In this document: piece after piece, positions 22,242-31,509 of the stretch
How positions within the stretch are numbered: position 1 is the stretch's first letter
Layout: each line of letters starts with the position of its first letter
NCBI GenBank assembly: GCA_040382515.1
Contig: JBEIFH010000002.1
Coordinates: forward strand, 1-64,000
Length of the DNA: 64,000 nucleotides
DNA from: Chlamydiia bacterium
GTDB taxonomy: Bacteria > Chlamydiota > Chlamydiia > Chlamydiales > RGXB01
Direction: 5' to 3'
Translations under genes and position numbers: made by a program
The notes under the pieces: model-generated
The model's input: only the letters and a program-made list of their open reading frames with translations
What the model was told of the DNA's origin: nothing
Database searches by the model: none

Positions 22242-22574
22242 AAATTCTTCGCTACTATTTGGAACTACAAACGTGAGAAGCACCTCTACAGTTTTCTTCT
22301 CCCCTTTGAAGATACTTCCCATCAAATCGAACGAGCGATTCCCGACCCTTTCTATAGATAAATAGAGATCATAAGGATCCATCCAGGAATTTGGCTCAAA
22401 AAATTCGACCTTGGCACGTACGATAGCTATGTCTTGTTTTATTTGGACATTCTTATAGCAACTCTCCTCGAAAGCCTGGATGACCCACTCCACAGGCCGG
22501 GGGCAAAAAACCCGTCCGGTCGCATCGGTATCACGAATAGATACCATCCCTTTTTTTTGTTTGATTACCCACAT
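22215..22574 (-). CDS. Hotdog-fold acyl-CoA thioesterase (candidate DHNA-CoA thioesterase)
   Basis: RDTDATGRVF 4HBT-like motif, VERVGNRSF-like strand; convergent on the men operon. Confidence 0.7.
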   Translation of the reverse strand: MWVIKQKKGMVSIRDTDATGRVFCPRPVEWVIQAFEESCYKNVQIKQDIAIVRAKVEFFEPNSWMDPYDLYLSIERVGNRSFDLMGSIFKGEKKTVEVLLTFVVPNSSEEFLKMAWGEV

Positions 22575-22781
22575 AATTAAACCTTAAAATGAACCGGACC
22601 AGCCCCAAAAACAAACAAAATTTAGTAAAAAATACGATCTTTATTAATATAGTTTTATATTGTATTTTTGTTTATGTTTTTTTTATTCCCTTCTTAGGGT
22701 GGGTCTGGAATAGTAAATTGTAGAAATATTCCCCATTTTTTTCGACCAAAAAAACGACCAAAAAAAAACAAATAAACAAAA

Positions 22782-22810
22782 TTGACAAGACCCTACCTCA
22801 TCCCTATACT
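22782..22810 (+). promoter_or_regulatory. Near-consensus sigma66/70 promoter
   Basis: TTGACA-17 nt-TATACT with A-rich upstream tract; GGAGG at 22826-22830 precedes ATG 22837. Confidence 0.8.
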
Positions 22811-22836
22811 GAGCTCATAAGCCCCGGAGGTAAACT

Positions 22837-23097
22837 ATGGTTCCGTTTAGGAAAACCGGTCAACTTTTTCAAGCTATATCCAGAGGGAAACCCGGAAAAT
22901 TAGTGGAAAAAGCCCTCACGGTCCTCAAAAACTACCAACCGAACCCCGAGGAAGAGCTCGCTCACACCTCCCTTCTCGCTGCGGCCTACGCTTTGACTTC
23001 AATGTACTCCTCAGAGCTTTCGGATGCTCTTACCTGCGTACGGTTTTACGATAAAATTATGGCGGAAAATATCCCCTCAAGAACGAGGACTGGTTAA
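22837..23097 (+). CDS. N-terminal fragment of frameshifted TPR protein
   Basis: Strong promoter and RBS; helical sequence; joins the downstream ORF if one A is added at GGAAAAT (23064-23070). Confidence 0.65.
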   Translation: MVPFRKTGQLFQAISRGKPGKLVEKALTVLKNYQPNPEEELAHTSLLAAAYALTSMYSSELSDALTCVRFYDKIMAENIPSRTRTG

Positions 23098-23141
23098 AAC
23101 TTGCCGGAGTTTATCGCCTTATCTACGAAAAGACCCGTTCT

Positions 23142-24500
23142 ATGGAAAGCCTTGAAAAGGCGGTTCATACGGGCAATCTAAGCGGTGATCCCCTCATAAT
23201 TTCTGAAACCCTCATAGAACTTTATATGCGTGTACGCGATGACGACACGTTCCACCTGTGTCTTGAGAAAATGAGCCGTTTTCTACAATTGAACCCGCAA
23301 GACACCGACCTTCTCTTTTTGAGAGCAAACCTCTACGAAGAATATGGGAAACGGAGCAAGCAGCCGAAATTCTTGCAACTCGCGTTCGAAGAATATGAAA
23401 AGATTGTTTGTATTGATCCGAAAAATCAAAAAGCCAAAGCGCAAAGCATTGTAGCACTTGCTTTTCACGCCCTTTTTACAGAAAATGCCGACCGTATTTC
23501 CGAGGCTGTCTACAAGGGGCAGCTCCTCTCAGAGCATCTTCCGATCGAACTCTACGCCAAAGGGATCACTCTTTTGACGTATGCGATCTACTCCTCAGAT
23601 TTAGATGAAATCCAAAATGCTATTTATTACTTCCAGCGCGCAACATCTTTAGACAGGACCTTTGCTCTTGGCTGGCACTACATGGGCCTCTCCTTCTTTT
23701 TGATGTATGAGGCTCTCGAGCTCGACCGTTACCTTCGATTGTCGGTCAAATTTTTCCAAAAATCGGTAGCGCACAATCCAAATGCGGACACATTTATACA
23801 ACTTGCGATCGCAACCTCAAGACAATTTGAAGAGGATGAGGCAATAGAGCATCTGGAACAGGCAAAAGTTCTATTTGAAACAGCTTTTTCTTTAGAAAAA
23901 AGTGCCCCCTTTCCACCGGCAGAATGGGTTTTTGAGTACGCAATTCTTCTCGATACCCTCGCAGAGGCGAAAGAGGACGAGACAATTTTTGTCCAAGCGC
24001 TCGACCAGTTCAACCGTGTGCTTATTTTAGATCCCTCCATTCCGGATATTCACCACAGAATAGGCCTCACAATTGCCCATCTTGCAGTGATCACAAACGA
24101 CCCCAACCACTTCATGCGTGCTTTCTGTCATTTCAGGCTAGCCCACAGAAGCAACCCCGATCACGATTTTATCCTTCTCGACTGGGCCCTTACTTTGATC
24201 CACTACGGGGATAGCCTCGAAGAGGATAGTCGGGTAGAGGGCATTATGCAAGAGGCTGAGGAAAAACTACTGCGCAGCGCCAAACAAGGTAACAACCAAG
24301 CCTATTATCAAATAGCCTGTTTTTATTCTCTTAAGAATCAAAAAACTCTCGCCCTTGAGTGGATGAAAAAGGCGAAAACGATAGGAGCTTTGCCACCGGT
24401 GAAAGAGCTTCTTGAAGATACGTGGCTTGAAAACTTGAGAGAAACGGTTGAATTCCATCAGTTCATGACTTTATGGAATGAGCACGGTTTTGAATCCTAG
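23142..24500 (+). CDS. Chlamydial multi-TPR protein, main C-terminal part (frame open from 23055)
   Basis: Repeated A..F..A/P helical motifs; C-terminal YQIACFYSL..ALEWMKKA..DTWLENL. Confidence 0.82.
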   Translation: MESLEKAVHTGNLSGDPLIISETLIELYMRVRDDDTFHLCLEKMSRFLQLNPQDTDLLFLRANLYEEYGKRSKQPKFLQLAFEEYEKIVCIDPKNQKAKAQSIVALAFHALFTENADRISEAVYKGQLLSEHLPIELYAKGITLLTYAIYSSDLDEIQNAIYYFQRATSLDRTFALGWHYMGLSFFLMYEALELDRYLRLSVKFFQKSVAHNPNADTFIQLAIATSRQFEEDEAIEHLEQAKVLFETAFSLEKSAPFPPAEWVFEYAILLDTLAEAKEDETIFVQALDQFNRVLILDPSIPDIHHRIGLTIAHLAVITNDPNHFMRAFCHFRLAHRSNPDHDFILLDWALTLIHYGDSLEEDSRVEGIMQEAEEKLLRSAKQGNNQAYYQIACFYSLKNQKTLALEWMKKAKTIGALPPVKELLEDTWLENLRETVEFHQFMTLWNEHGFES

Positions 24501-24506
24501 GCTTTG

Positions 24507-24559
24507 ATGGCAGGCTATATTTTAAAAAGTTCACTTTTTAAGTTTTTCTAGCCTGTCAT
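24507..24559 (+). terminator. Nested stem-loop after TPR gene
   Basis: ATGGCAGGCTA/TAGCCTGTCAT outer stem enclosing TTAAAAAGT-TC-ACTTTTTAA. Confidence 0.45.
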
Positions 24560-24765
24560 TTGTGATCTATCCGCCCAAGGTCTAATTAAAAAAACTAAAC
24601 CGTATCCCCTTGCTCAATAGAGAACACCTCTCTTTTTTTATTGTGCTCACAACGAATTTTAAAATTTCTTAAAACTCCTTTTCGATTTTTTTTTAGCCCC
24701 TTTTGTATCCCTATACATCTTAATCGATACTTGCTATATTTTTTCCAAAAAAAGGTTCAAGGTCT

Positions 24766-26592
24766 ATGGATAAACGGTCATTTGTTTTTGTATTGATTCT
24801 CTCGATCTCCCTCTTTCTGTTCAATACGTGGATCGCACCCCCCGTAGGTGCACCTCCTGTAGTCCAGGTGCAAGAACTTGAACAAAATCCACAAGAGAGG
24901 CTTTACGTTTTAGAAAACGAAACTCAGCAAATCGTTTTTTCGAATATAGGTGGAGCGATCAAGGAGATCAATCTCCCGTTTCAATCGCCTACTGCAGCCC
25001 AAAGCATAGTCAGACCCATCGAATTTGACCGCCAAATTGAGAAGGAATCTCCTCAAAACTTCGTTTTTCCGCTCACCGCCGCCACCTATTTTGATTCAAG
25101 CTCCGATACGATTGAGCCTTATAAATCGAAAAACGGGGGTTACACTCCCCTTTTGAGAAGATCGGTCAAAGGGAATAACGGAGGGTTCACTTTCCTTATT
25201 CAGCCTAAGTTTTATATGGCGCAGCTCCTCAATGACCAGGGAGAGTACGAGGGCGGCACCTTCCAAATGACAAAACTCACCAAGGACTCGATCCAATTTA
25301 GCGGGAGCCTTTACGGACAAAAGATCACAAAAACCTACGAACTCGCAGCCCCCTACGGCTACAAACTTACACTCAATTTTGGGAACGCGCAAAATAGGAC
25401 TCTCTTTCTTACAAACGGTGTTTCAGAAGTAGAGCTCATCTCAGGCGCCTATACTCCGACCATACAAACACTCCAGATCAAAGGGGATAAACTTCTCACA
25501 GAGAAAGTCGATCTCCCGTCGAAAGAGCTGGGAATATACAATTCGATCAACCCCCTGTGGATCTCCAGTTCCAACGGGTTTTTTGGCACGATTTTGAGTC
25601 CTGAAATGAATACCTCCCAATCCGGGTTCAACGTGCGCAAAATCGAGGGGGAGAATTGCCCTACCCGTCTCCACCTAATCGATCAAAAATATGATCTATA
25701 TCCGGTGAGATCTTATCCTGCCTACCAAGTTGCAAAACAATTAGTTCCCCAAAACGGGGCCTACCTATTCCGTTTCTATGCAGGGCCGTACGAGGAAAAA
25801 ACCCTAATTGAAGCCTCTATGGTCTATGCACAGAATCCCGAGTTTGGACTGGCTCAAACCGTTCAAGGCTGGTTCAGCTTTATCTCGGAGCCTTTTGCTC
25901 GCCTGATGTTTTTTGTGATGAAAATTTGTTACAAATTTACCGATTCCTGGGGCGTTTCCATTCTGGGTGTTACCATTGCCCTTCGACTACTGATGTTCCC
26001 TTTAAACCGATGGTCTAGCAAATCCATGCTTGCCCAAGCTCAATTACAACCCGAAATCAAAGCAATTGAGGCGCGCCATAAAAAAGATCCTAAAAAAATG
26101 AAGATGGAGATCATGAAGCTGTATCAAGAGCGTAAAATCAATCCGTTTTTAGGATGCGTACCGATCTTGATCCAGATCCCCTTTTTGATCGGAGTGTTTG
26201 ATCTATTTAAAACAAACTTTGATTTAAGAGGTGTTTCTTTCCTTTTCCCCTCCTGGATCCCAAATCTAGCCGCCCCCGATATCCTATTCAGCTGGGGATA
26301 CCCTCTGCCTTATATCGGGAACGAATTTCATTTACTTCCGCTGATTGCTGGACTGATCATGTTTTTACAGACAAAACTTACAAGTCCACAACCAAAAGCA
26401 GAAATGGATGAAAAGCAACGCCAGATGGCGGCCTCCTCCTCCTTTATGGCGATATTGACCTCGGTTTTTTTCTATAATTTTGCTGCCGGGGTGAATATCT
26501 ATTTTGCATTTTCCTCGCTCCTAGGTGTTTTACAACAATTTTTGATGATGAAAAAGAAACAAAAATCTAACATACAAATCCTAAAGAAATGA
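24766..26592 (+). CDS. yidC: Membrane protein insertase YidC
   Basis: N-terminal TM, FSNIGGAI, FYAGP, SWGVSI, NPFLGCVPILIQIPF, WIPNLAAPD. Confidence 0.95.
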   Translation: MDKRSFVFVLILSISLFLFNTWIAPPVGAPPVVQVQELEQNPQERLYVLENETQQIVFSNIGGAIKEINLPFQSPTAAQSIVRPIEFDRQIEKESPQNFVFPLTAATYFDSSSDTIEPYKSKNGGYTPLLRRSVKGNNGGFTFLIQPKFYMAQLLNDQGEYEGGTFQMTKLTKDSIQFSGSLYGQKITKTYELAAPYGYKLTLNFGNAQNRTLFLTNGVSEVELISGAYTPTIQTLQIKGDKLLTEKVDLPSKELGIYNSINPLWISSSNGFFGTILSPEMNTSQSGFNVRKIEGENCPTRLHLIDQKYDLYPVRSYPAYQVAKQLVPQNGAYLFRFYAGPYEEKTLIEASMVYAQNPEFGLAQTVQGWFSFISEPFARLMFFVMKICYKFTDSWGVSILGVTIALRLLMFPLNRWSSKSMLAQAQLQPEIKAIEARHKKDPKKMKMEIMKLYQERKINPFLGCVPILIQIPFLIGVFDLFKTNFDLRGVSFLFPSWIPNLAAPDILFSWGYPLPYIGNEFHLLPLIAGLIMFLQTKLTSPQPKAEMDEKQRQMAASSSFMAILTSVFFYNFAAGVNIYFAFSSLLGVLQQFLMMKKKQKSNIQILKK

Positions 26593-27917
26593 TACCGAGA
26601 ATTTGGGAAGAATTCCTTTTGGAGCAAGAAGACCACCTTTCCAAAGAGGTGGTAGAGAGATGGTTGCGTCCCCTTAAAATCACAAATTTTAATGCCTGCA
26701 ACCTCTATCTGGAGGCTAATGACGCGCTGCAGATCAATTGGTTCAAAGAACACATTGAATCCAAAATAGAAAAAAAACTCCTGAATAACAATGGCCGTAA
26801 AATTCAGGTACACATCAAGATCGGATCAAGCGGCCCTGCAAAAACCAAAAATGATTCCTCCCCACAAGTCCATGATGGGGCTCAAAAAGCGGTCTCTTTT
26901 GTATCGGATCCTGTCGATCCTGACCACACTTTCGAAACCTTTGCCACCAATACCTCTTCTGAAATGACGGTCAAGCTTTTCAAAAATGCGTTGTTGCAAA
27001 CTTTTGAATTCCTAAACCCTATCTATCTCTATGGTCCCAGCGGCTCGGGAAAAACTCACTTGTTACAAAGTGCAAAAAAACTTCTTGAGGGGTTAGGTAG
27101 AACCGTTCTCTATATCTCAGCGGAAACATTTACACAGCACGTCGTCGGAGCGATACGCTCTTCCCGAATGGAGGATTTTCGCAACTGCTATAGGAAAATT
27201 GACACCCTCATCATCGACGACGTCCATCTATTTTCCAAAAGATTCGCTACACAAGAGGAGCTTTTTCATACATTCAACCACTTGCATATCAATGAAAAGC
27301 AAATTATCCTGGCTTCAAGCACTCCCCCTGCCCTTCTTGACGAGATTGAAGAGCGGCTTATCAGCAGATTTGAGTGGGGTATTGTCCTCTCGGTAGAACG
27401 ACTTCAATCACAAGAAGAGTTGCTTCAGGTTCTAAAACTTAAAATGCACCGATTCAAGCTACAGCTGGAACAAGAGCTGATCGATAAAGTCATCCACGAG
27501 ATGAAAACGCCGAAATCTATTGAAAAGGTTGTCCAGTCACTGACTTTTGCTCACAATCAGATGAAAACAAAATCTGAAATAAAAAAAATCATCGATCAAC
27601 TCATCCAGCAAGAAACAAAAGAGATCTTGAACGCGGAGAAAATTCTGGATATTGTCTCGCAATCGTTCGGGATTCACCCGGATGATTTACTCAATAAATC
27701 CCAAGCGAGAGAATCTGTCCTCCCTAGACAGATTTCGATGTATCTTTTGAGATCTTTATTGAAAATGCCCTACCTAAAAATCGGTAAATATTTTGATAAG
27801 GATCACTCAACAGTGATGTCCAGTATTCGACAGATCACAAAAGGGCTCGAAAAGCAGAGTCAGGATCTTATGTTTCATATGGGTCAAATTCAAAGAAAGA
27901 TCGTCTCTTTAGGCTAA
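26589..27917 (+). CDS. dnaA: Chromosomal replication initiator DnaA (yidC-linked chlamydial paralogue)
   Basis: NPIYLYGPSGSGKTHL, IIDDVH, TQEELFHTFN, RLISRFEWG, PRQISMYL, KDHSTV. Confidence 0.96.
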   Translation: MIPRIWEEFLLEQEDHLSKEVVERWLRPLKITNFNACNLYLEANDALQINWFKEHIESKIEKKLLNNNGRKIQVHIKIGSSGPAKTKNDSSPQVHDGAQKAVSFVSDPVDPDHTFETFATNTSSEMTVKLFKNALLQTFEFLNPIYLYGPSGSGKTHLLQSAKKLLEGLGRTVLYISAETFTQHVVGAIRSSRMEDFRNCYRKIDTLIIDDVHLFSKRFATQEELFHTFNHLHINEKQIILASSTPPALLDEIEERLISRFEWGIVLSVERLQSQEELLQVLKLKMHRFKLQLEQELIDKVIHEMKTPKSIEKVVQSLTFAHNQMKTKSEIKKIIDQLIQQETKEILNAEKILDIVSQSFGIHPDDLLNKSQARESVLPRQISMYLLRSLLKMPYLKIGKYFDKDHSTVMSSIRQITKGLEKQSQDLMFHMGQIQRKIVSLG

Positions 27918-27941
27918 AGAAAATAAATTATTCCTAAAAAT

Positions 27942-27973
27942 AAAAAAGGCTCATTAAGTAATGAACCTTTTTT
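27942..27973. terminator. Bidirectional intrinsic terminator between convergent dnaA and slc1
   Basis: AAAAAAGGCTCATT-AAGT-AATGAACCTTTTTT. Confidence 0.75.
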
Positions 27974-27996
27974 ACTGTTAACAGAACTTAGAAAAA

Positions 27997-28545
27997 TTAG
28001 ACTCTTTTGAAGACGTCCCCAGGTTTTCCATGGTTGCCTGGTCCATGTCCTTGTCCTGGTGTGGGGTGTGAGCCGCCTGGCCCTTGATGGTAAGGTCTTA
28101 AAGACTCACGCTCTTTTTCGTCGTAACGTCCTTCACAGATCCTTTTTGCGATATCCCGCCATTTCTCAACGGCTTCAACAAAAACAGGAGCAAAACGTCT
28201 CAGTGATGATGTGTCAGCTGCAACCATCTCTATAACAGCATGCATTAAAATGAGTTCTTCTTTTACCGCAACTCCTACTCCCCCGCCGGCCATTTGACCA
28301 CCGAGCATTGAACCCTCTAAGAGAGTCTCGTAAAGACGACATAAAGTCTCTTTGTCTTTAGGCAATCCATCGATGATGGGCGCATAAAGATATAGTCGTT
28401 GGGAATTGGGTTCATATGTCAAGTGCAGTGAAAAAACATTGTCTATACCAAGAATGCAAGTATGGTTTTCATCGAATGCGAGCCCCTCAAGATTAAGTTC
28501 TTTTCCGAACTCCTTAAGATTTGCAGTAGCGTTTTCCAAAGACAT
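27997..28545 (-). CDS. slc1: Type III secretion class I chaperone, CesT/Slc1 (CT043) family
   Basis: AFDENHTCIL..FSLHLTYE..LLEGSMLGGQMAGGGVGVA matches the Slc1 sequence as I recall it; adjacent to glgX; AGGAGG RBS. Confidence 0.92.
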   Translation of the reverse strand: MSLENATANLKEFGKELNLEGLAFDENHTCILGIDNVFSLHLTYEPNSQRLYLYAPIIDGLPKDKETLCRLYETLLEGSMLGGQMAGGGVGVAVKEELILMHAVIEMVAADTSSLRRFAPVFVEAVEKWRDIAKRICEGRYDEKERESLRPYHQGPGGSHPTPGQGHGPGNHGKPGDVFKRV

Positions 28546-28580
28546 GTCTGTCGTCCTCCTTAAGAGATTGGGATACAGAG

Positions 28581-28610
28581 ACTATAGCTCAAACCATTTA
28601 TGAAAATCAA
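28581..28610 (-). promoter_or_regulatory. Putative promoter of slc1
   Basis: Minus strand TTGATT-18 nt-TATAGT. Confidence 0.45.
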
Positions 28611-28846
28611 ACAATTGTTGTTTATATAAACAGATTCTTGATTTTACGGATAAATCGTTTACCTTACAGCACCTGGTTTTACTTTTTACCTTTATTCAGG
28701 GTTCTTTTACAAAAAGAGCTTATTGACTCCGCTCTATCTAAGAAATACAAACTTGATAGGGCTCCCCTCTATATTCTTCATTTAACATATAAATTGTATT
28801 TTTATCTAGAAAAAATGTGATGAGTTTGATTAAAAAAAGGTTAAGA

Positions 28847-30589
28847 ATGGACAAAGAACTAAAGACTGTCCCAGGTTATGGGGTTATACCGGAGGGCAAG
28901 GGTCACCGTTTTATGGTCTACGCCGAGAATGTGGATCAAATCACCATAACACTCAATAACTTAGAATATCCTCTTGAAAAAGCTCCCTTACGTCCAAACA
29001 CCTACACTATTTTTTTCGATACGATATCCCCCCCATTTGAGTACGTGTACAATATTCTCAAAGGGGGAGATTTTTTCCCTGACCTTTTAGATCCTTTTTG
29101 CCCGCTCACAAATTTCGAAGGGACGAAAAGCCTTTATAAAGAGGAGGAACACTTCCACTTCGCGCATAAATCCCCAAAACACCCAGTAGAAAAACTCGTT
29201 ATTTATGAACTATGTGTCCGTTCTTTTACAAAAGATGCCTCATCCAATGTCTCATCGCCGGGAACCTTGGAGGGATTGATTGAGAAACTAGATTATCTTT
29301 CTTGGCTTGGAATCACCTCTATAGAACTGTTGCCTGTCACCCTTTTTAATCCGTCCCAGCTTTGGGGCTACATGCCCCGCCATTTTATGGCCCTTTCTCC
29401 CCATCTTTCAGAAAACAAAAATCCGAGTATCAGCTTGATGAAGCTTATAGATGCTGCCCATCAAAAAGGGATTGAGGTCTATTTGGATCTTGTATTCAAC
29501 CATACCGATTGCATGGAAACTACTCTCTACCCTTTTTCTAGCAATTTTTATCTTAGAAACTACGATGCCACGGGCTGTGGAAATACTTTGAATGTCAATC
29601 ATCCCTTTATTAGCCATCTGCTCCTAGAAAGTGTAAAAAGATTTGTCGATGTGTACCGTATTGACGGGATCCGTTTTGATCTGGGTCTGGCACTATGCAG
29701 AGACGAAAACGGAGTGGTCCTTGAAGACCCCCCCTTCCTTCATGCACTGGAAAACATGTTCAAAAAAAAGATCAAAATATTTTACGAGCCATGGGACATC
29801 GCGGGATATCGCCTCTATGATTTTCCTTCCAAAAACGGTCTTGTTTGGGATGATCAAATCCGCGATACCATCAGGAGATTTGCCCGTATGGATCAGGGGC
29901 AGGTACCAGCGCTTTATTCCCAGATTCATAGTCCAGACATTGTAAAAATGGTCACCTGCCACGATGGTTTCACCCTTTACGATCTTGTAAGCTATGAACA
30001 CAAACACAACCTGATCAACGGAAACAAAAATCGGGATGGACACTCCTGGAACTATAGCTCGAATTGTGGATTCGAGGGGGAAACAAAAGACATGAGAATC
30101 ATGACCAAAAGAATCCGTCGAGCCGAAACAATCTTTGCTCTACTTTTTTGCTTCAACGGGCCTATCCTAATCAACGCAGGGGATGAATTCTTAAGTACAC
30201 ATTATGGCAACAACAATCCCTACAATCAAGATAACCGGATTAGCTACTTGGAATGGAATCGACAAATTTACCCAAATTTCAAAGATTTTACCCAAAAACT
30301 GATCCATATTTTTAAAAATAGCTCTCTTTCAAATCCTCTTGCGATGGTGCAATTTTACGGCAGCTCACCCCACGAGCTTGGTCTTCTCCACTCAGACCAT
30401 TTTTTTTCATTCTCCAAAACAGATCGAACAAGCTCTGTTTTTATCGCAATCAATAGTTGGAAAGATCCGATCGAAGTCACGTTGCCGGTTTTGAGCAAGG
30501 GACAATGGGAAATCGTTTTATCCACCTCGGTTAATCCGCTAGTTTTAGAGGAAAACACCATTCTGATAGCGCTTTGCGATCTTACGTAA
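28847..30589 (+). CDS. glgX: Glycogen debranching enzyme (GH13 isoamylase type)
   Basis: LVIYEL, IELLPV, WGY, DLVFNHT, TGCGNTLN, DGIRFDL, EPWD, TCHDGFTL, GNNNPY. Start probably ATG 28847. Confidence 0.92.
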   Translation: MDKELKTVPGYGVIPEGKGHRFMVYAENVDQITITLNNLEYPLEKAPLRPNTYTIFFDTISPPFEYVYNILKGGDFFPDLLDPFCPLTNFEGTKSLYKEEEHFHFAHKSPKHPVEKLVIYELCVRSFTKDASSNVSSPGTLEGLIEKLDYLSWLGITSIELLPVTLFNPSQLWGYMPRHFMALSPHLSENKNPSISLMKLIDAAHQKGIEVYLDLVFNHTDCMETTLYPFSSNFYLRNYDATGCGNTLNVNHPFISHLLLESVKRFVDVYRIDGIRFDLGLALCRDENGVVLEDPPFLHALENMFKKKIKIFYEPWDIAGYRLYDFPSKNGLVWDDQIRDTIRRFARMDQGQVPALYSQIHSPDIVKMVTCHDGFTLYDLVSYEHKHNLINGNKNRDGHSWNYSSNCGFEGETKDMRIMTKRIRRAETIFALLFCFNGPILINAGDEFLSTHYGNNNPYNQDNRISYLEWNRQIYPNFKDFTQKLIHIFKNSSLSNPLAMVQFYGSSPHELGLLHSDHFFSFSKTDRTSSVFIAINSWKDPIEVTLPVLSKGQWEIVLSTSVNPLVLEENTILIALCDLT

Positions 30590-30627
30590 TCCCATTCTGA
30601 TAGCTTTTTTACCGATCTCACGTAATC
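30558..30627 (+). repeat. Tandem duplication (34 + 36 bp) of the glgX 3' end including its stop codon
   Basis: CCATTCTGATAGCGCTTTGCGATCTTACGTAATC followed by CCATTCTGATAGCTTTTTTACCGATCTCACGTAATC. Confidence 0.85.
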
Positions 30628-30636
30628 CCTTAAGAT

Positions 30637-30666
30637 GAAAAAGCGGGCAAACAGACCTGCTTTTTC
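30637..30666 (+). terminator. Putative terminator after glgX
   Basis: GAAAAAGCGGG-CAAACAGA-CCTGCTTTTTC. Confidence 0.55.
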
Positions 30667-30838
30667 TAGAAATTTGGCGGTGTCCATTTTTTGGGATCTA
30701 AACGGGTGTCGGGCTCTAAAGCCAAAAGAAATCTTTCTTAATGCCGTCAAGGCCCTTTTTCAAAAGAAATCTTGAAATATTTTTTTTTCATAGAGGAAAT
30801 TGTTGGCAACATTTCTTACAAGAAGTTATTGTAAAAAT

Positions 30839-31501
30839 ATGCTTCTTAGACACGCTATTCAAAATTTTTTCAAATCCTCCATCGTCTGTTTTCTTTTTTT
30901 TGGATGCTCGCAAATGCATTTTCAGGATCAAACAGCCTACCATGACGATGGGAGAAAAAAACCGATGGTTTGCTTGCTTGGGGTATTCGATTCCTCCATG
31001 TCCGACCTACCCTGGAGCCTTTCTGAGGAGTTCACCCTATCAATCCAACAGACAATCATGCAGTCGAAGCAACTCTATCTTCTGCAAGATTATCCCTTGG
31101 TCAATTACCTCCTTTCTCAAGAAAGGAGCTACAAACCCTTTCTTCAAGATCTCAATGTGCTCCATAACCTCCCCCTACAATCGGAATATGTGGTTTTTCT
31201 GGAATTGATTCGACACAATCTGGACAAATCGTCGGACGGGATTAGGCTTACCGAGCATCTGGATATGGCGGTCAGAGTCCGAATCATCGACTTAAGAGGA
31301 AAGGCGCCCCGTATTGTCCTGCAGGAGGTTTTTGAGAAAAAAACAGACATCTTAAGCTCCTTATCTCTTGTGGATTATAGAAGCACAACATGGGGCTCCG
31401 CCTCTTTTTCGGTACTCCCCCTAGGTGTTGCCCACAATGACTTCTGCCGCGCTTTGGCAGAAAGAATTGAGGAGTACATTCTGGTAGCTAAATATAAGTA
31501 G
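30839..31501 (+). CDS. Chlamydial CT253-family lipoprotein
   Basis: Lipobox-like FFGC; LPWSLSEEFT, EYVVFLELI, VRIIDLRG..IVLQE motifs; precedes a CPBP protease. Confidence 0.75.
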   Translation: MLLRHAIQNFFKSSIVCFLFFGCSQMHFQDQTAYHDDGRKKPMVCLLGVFDSSMSDLPWSLSEEFTLSIQQTIMQSKQLYLLQDYPLVNYLLSQERSYKPFLQDLNVLHNLPLQSEYVVFLELIRHNLDKSSDGIRLTEHLDMAVRVRIIDLRGKAPRIVLQEVFEKKTDILSSLSLVDYRSTTWGSASFSVLPLGVAHNDFCRALAERIEEYILVAKYK

Positions 31502-31509
31502 AGAGTCTT

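Noticed and set aside
24501..28846. oriC near dnaA
   Set aside because: No cluster of TTATCCACA-like boxes in the flanking spacers. The one perfect box I noticed (48326-48334) lies inside rnr.
30665..30720. Faint similarity (TCTAGAAA...TCGGG) to the sequence following the tsaD array at 42055-42112
   Set aside because: Too short and gapped to support a shared element.
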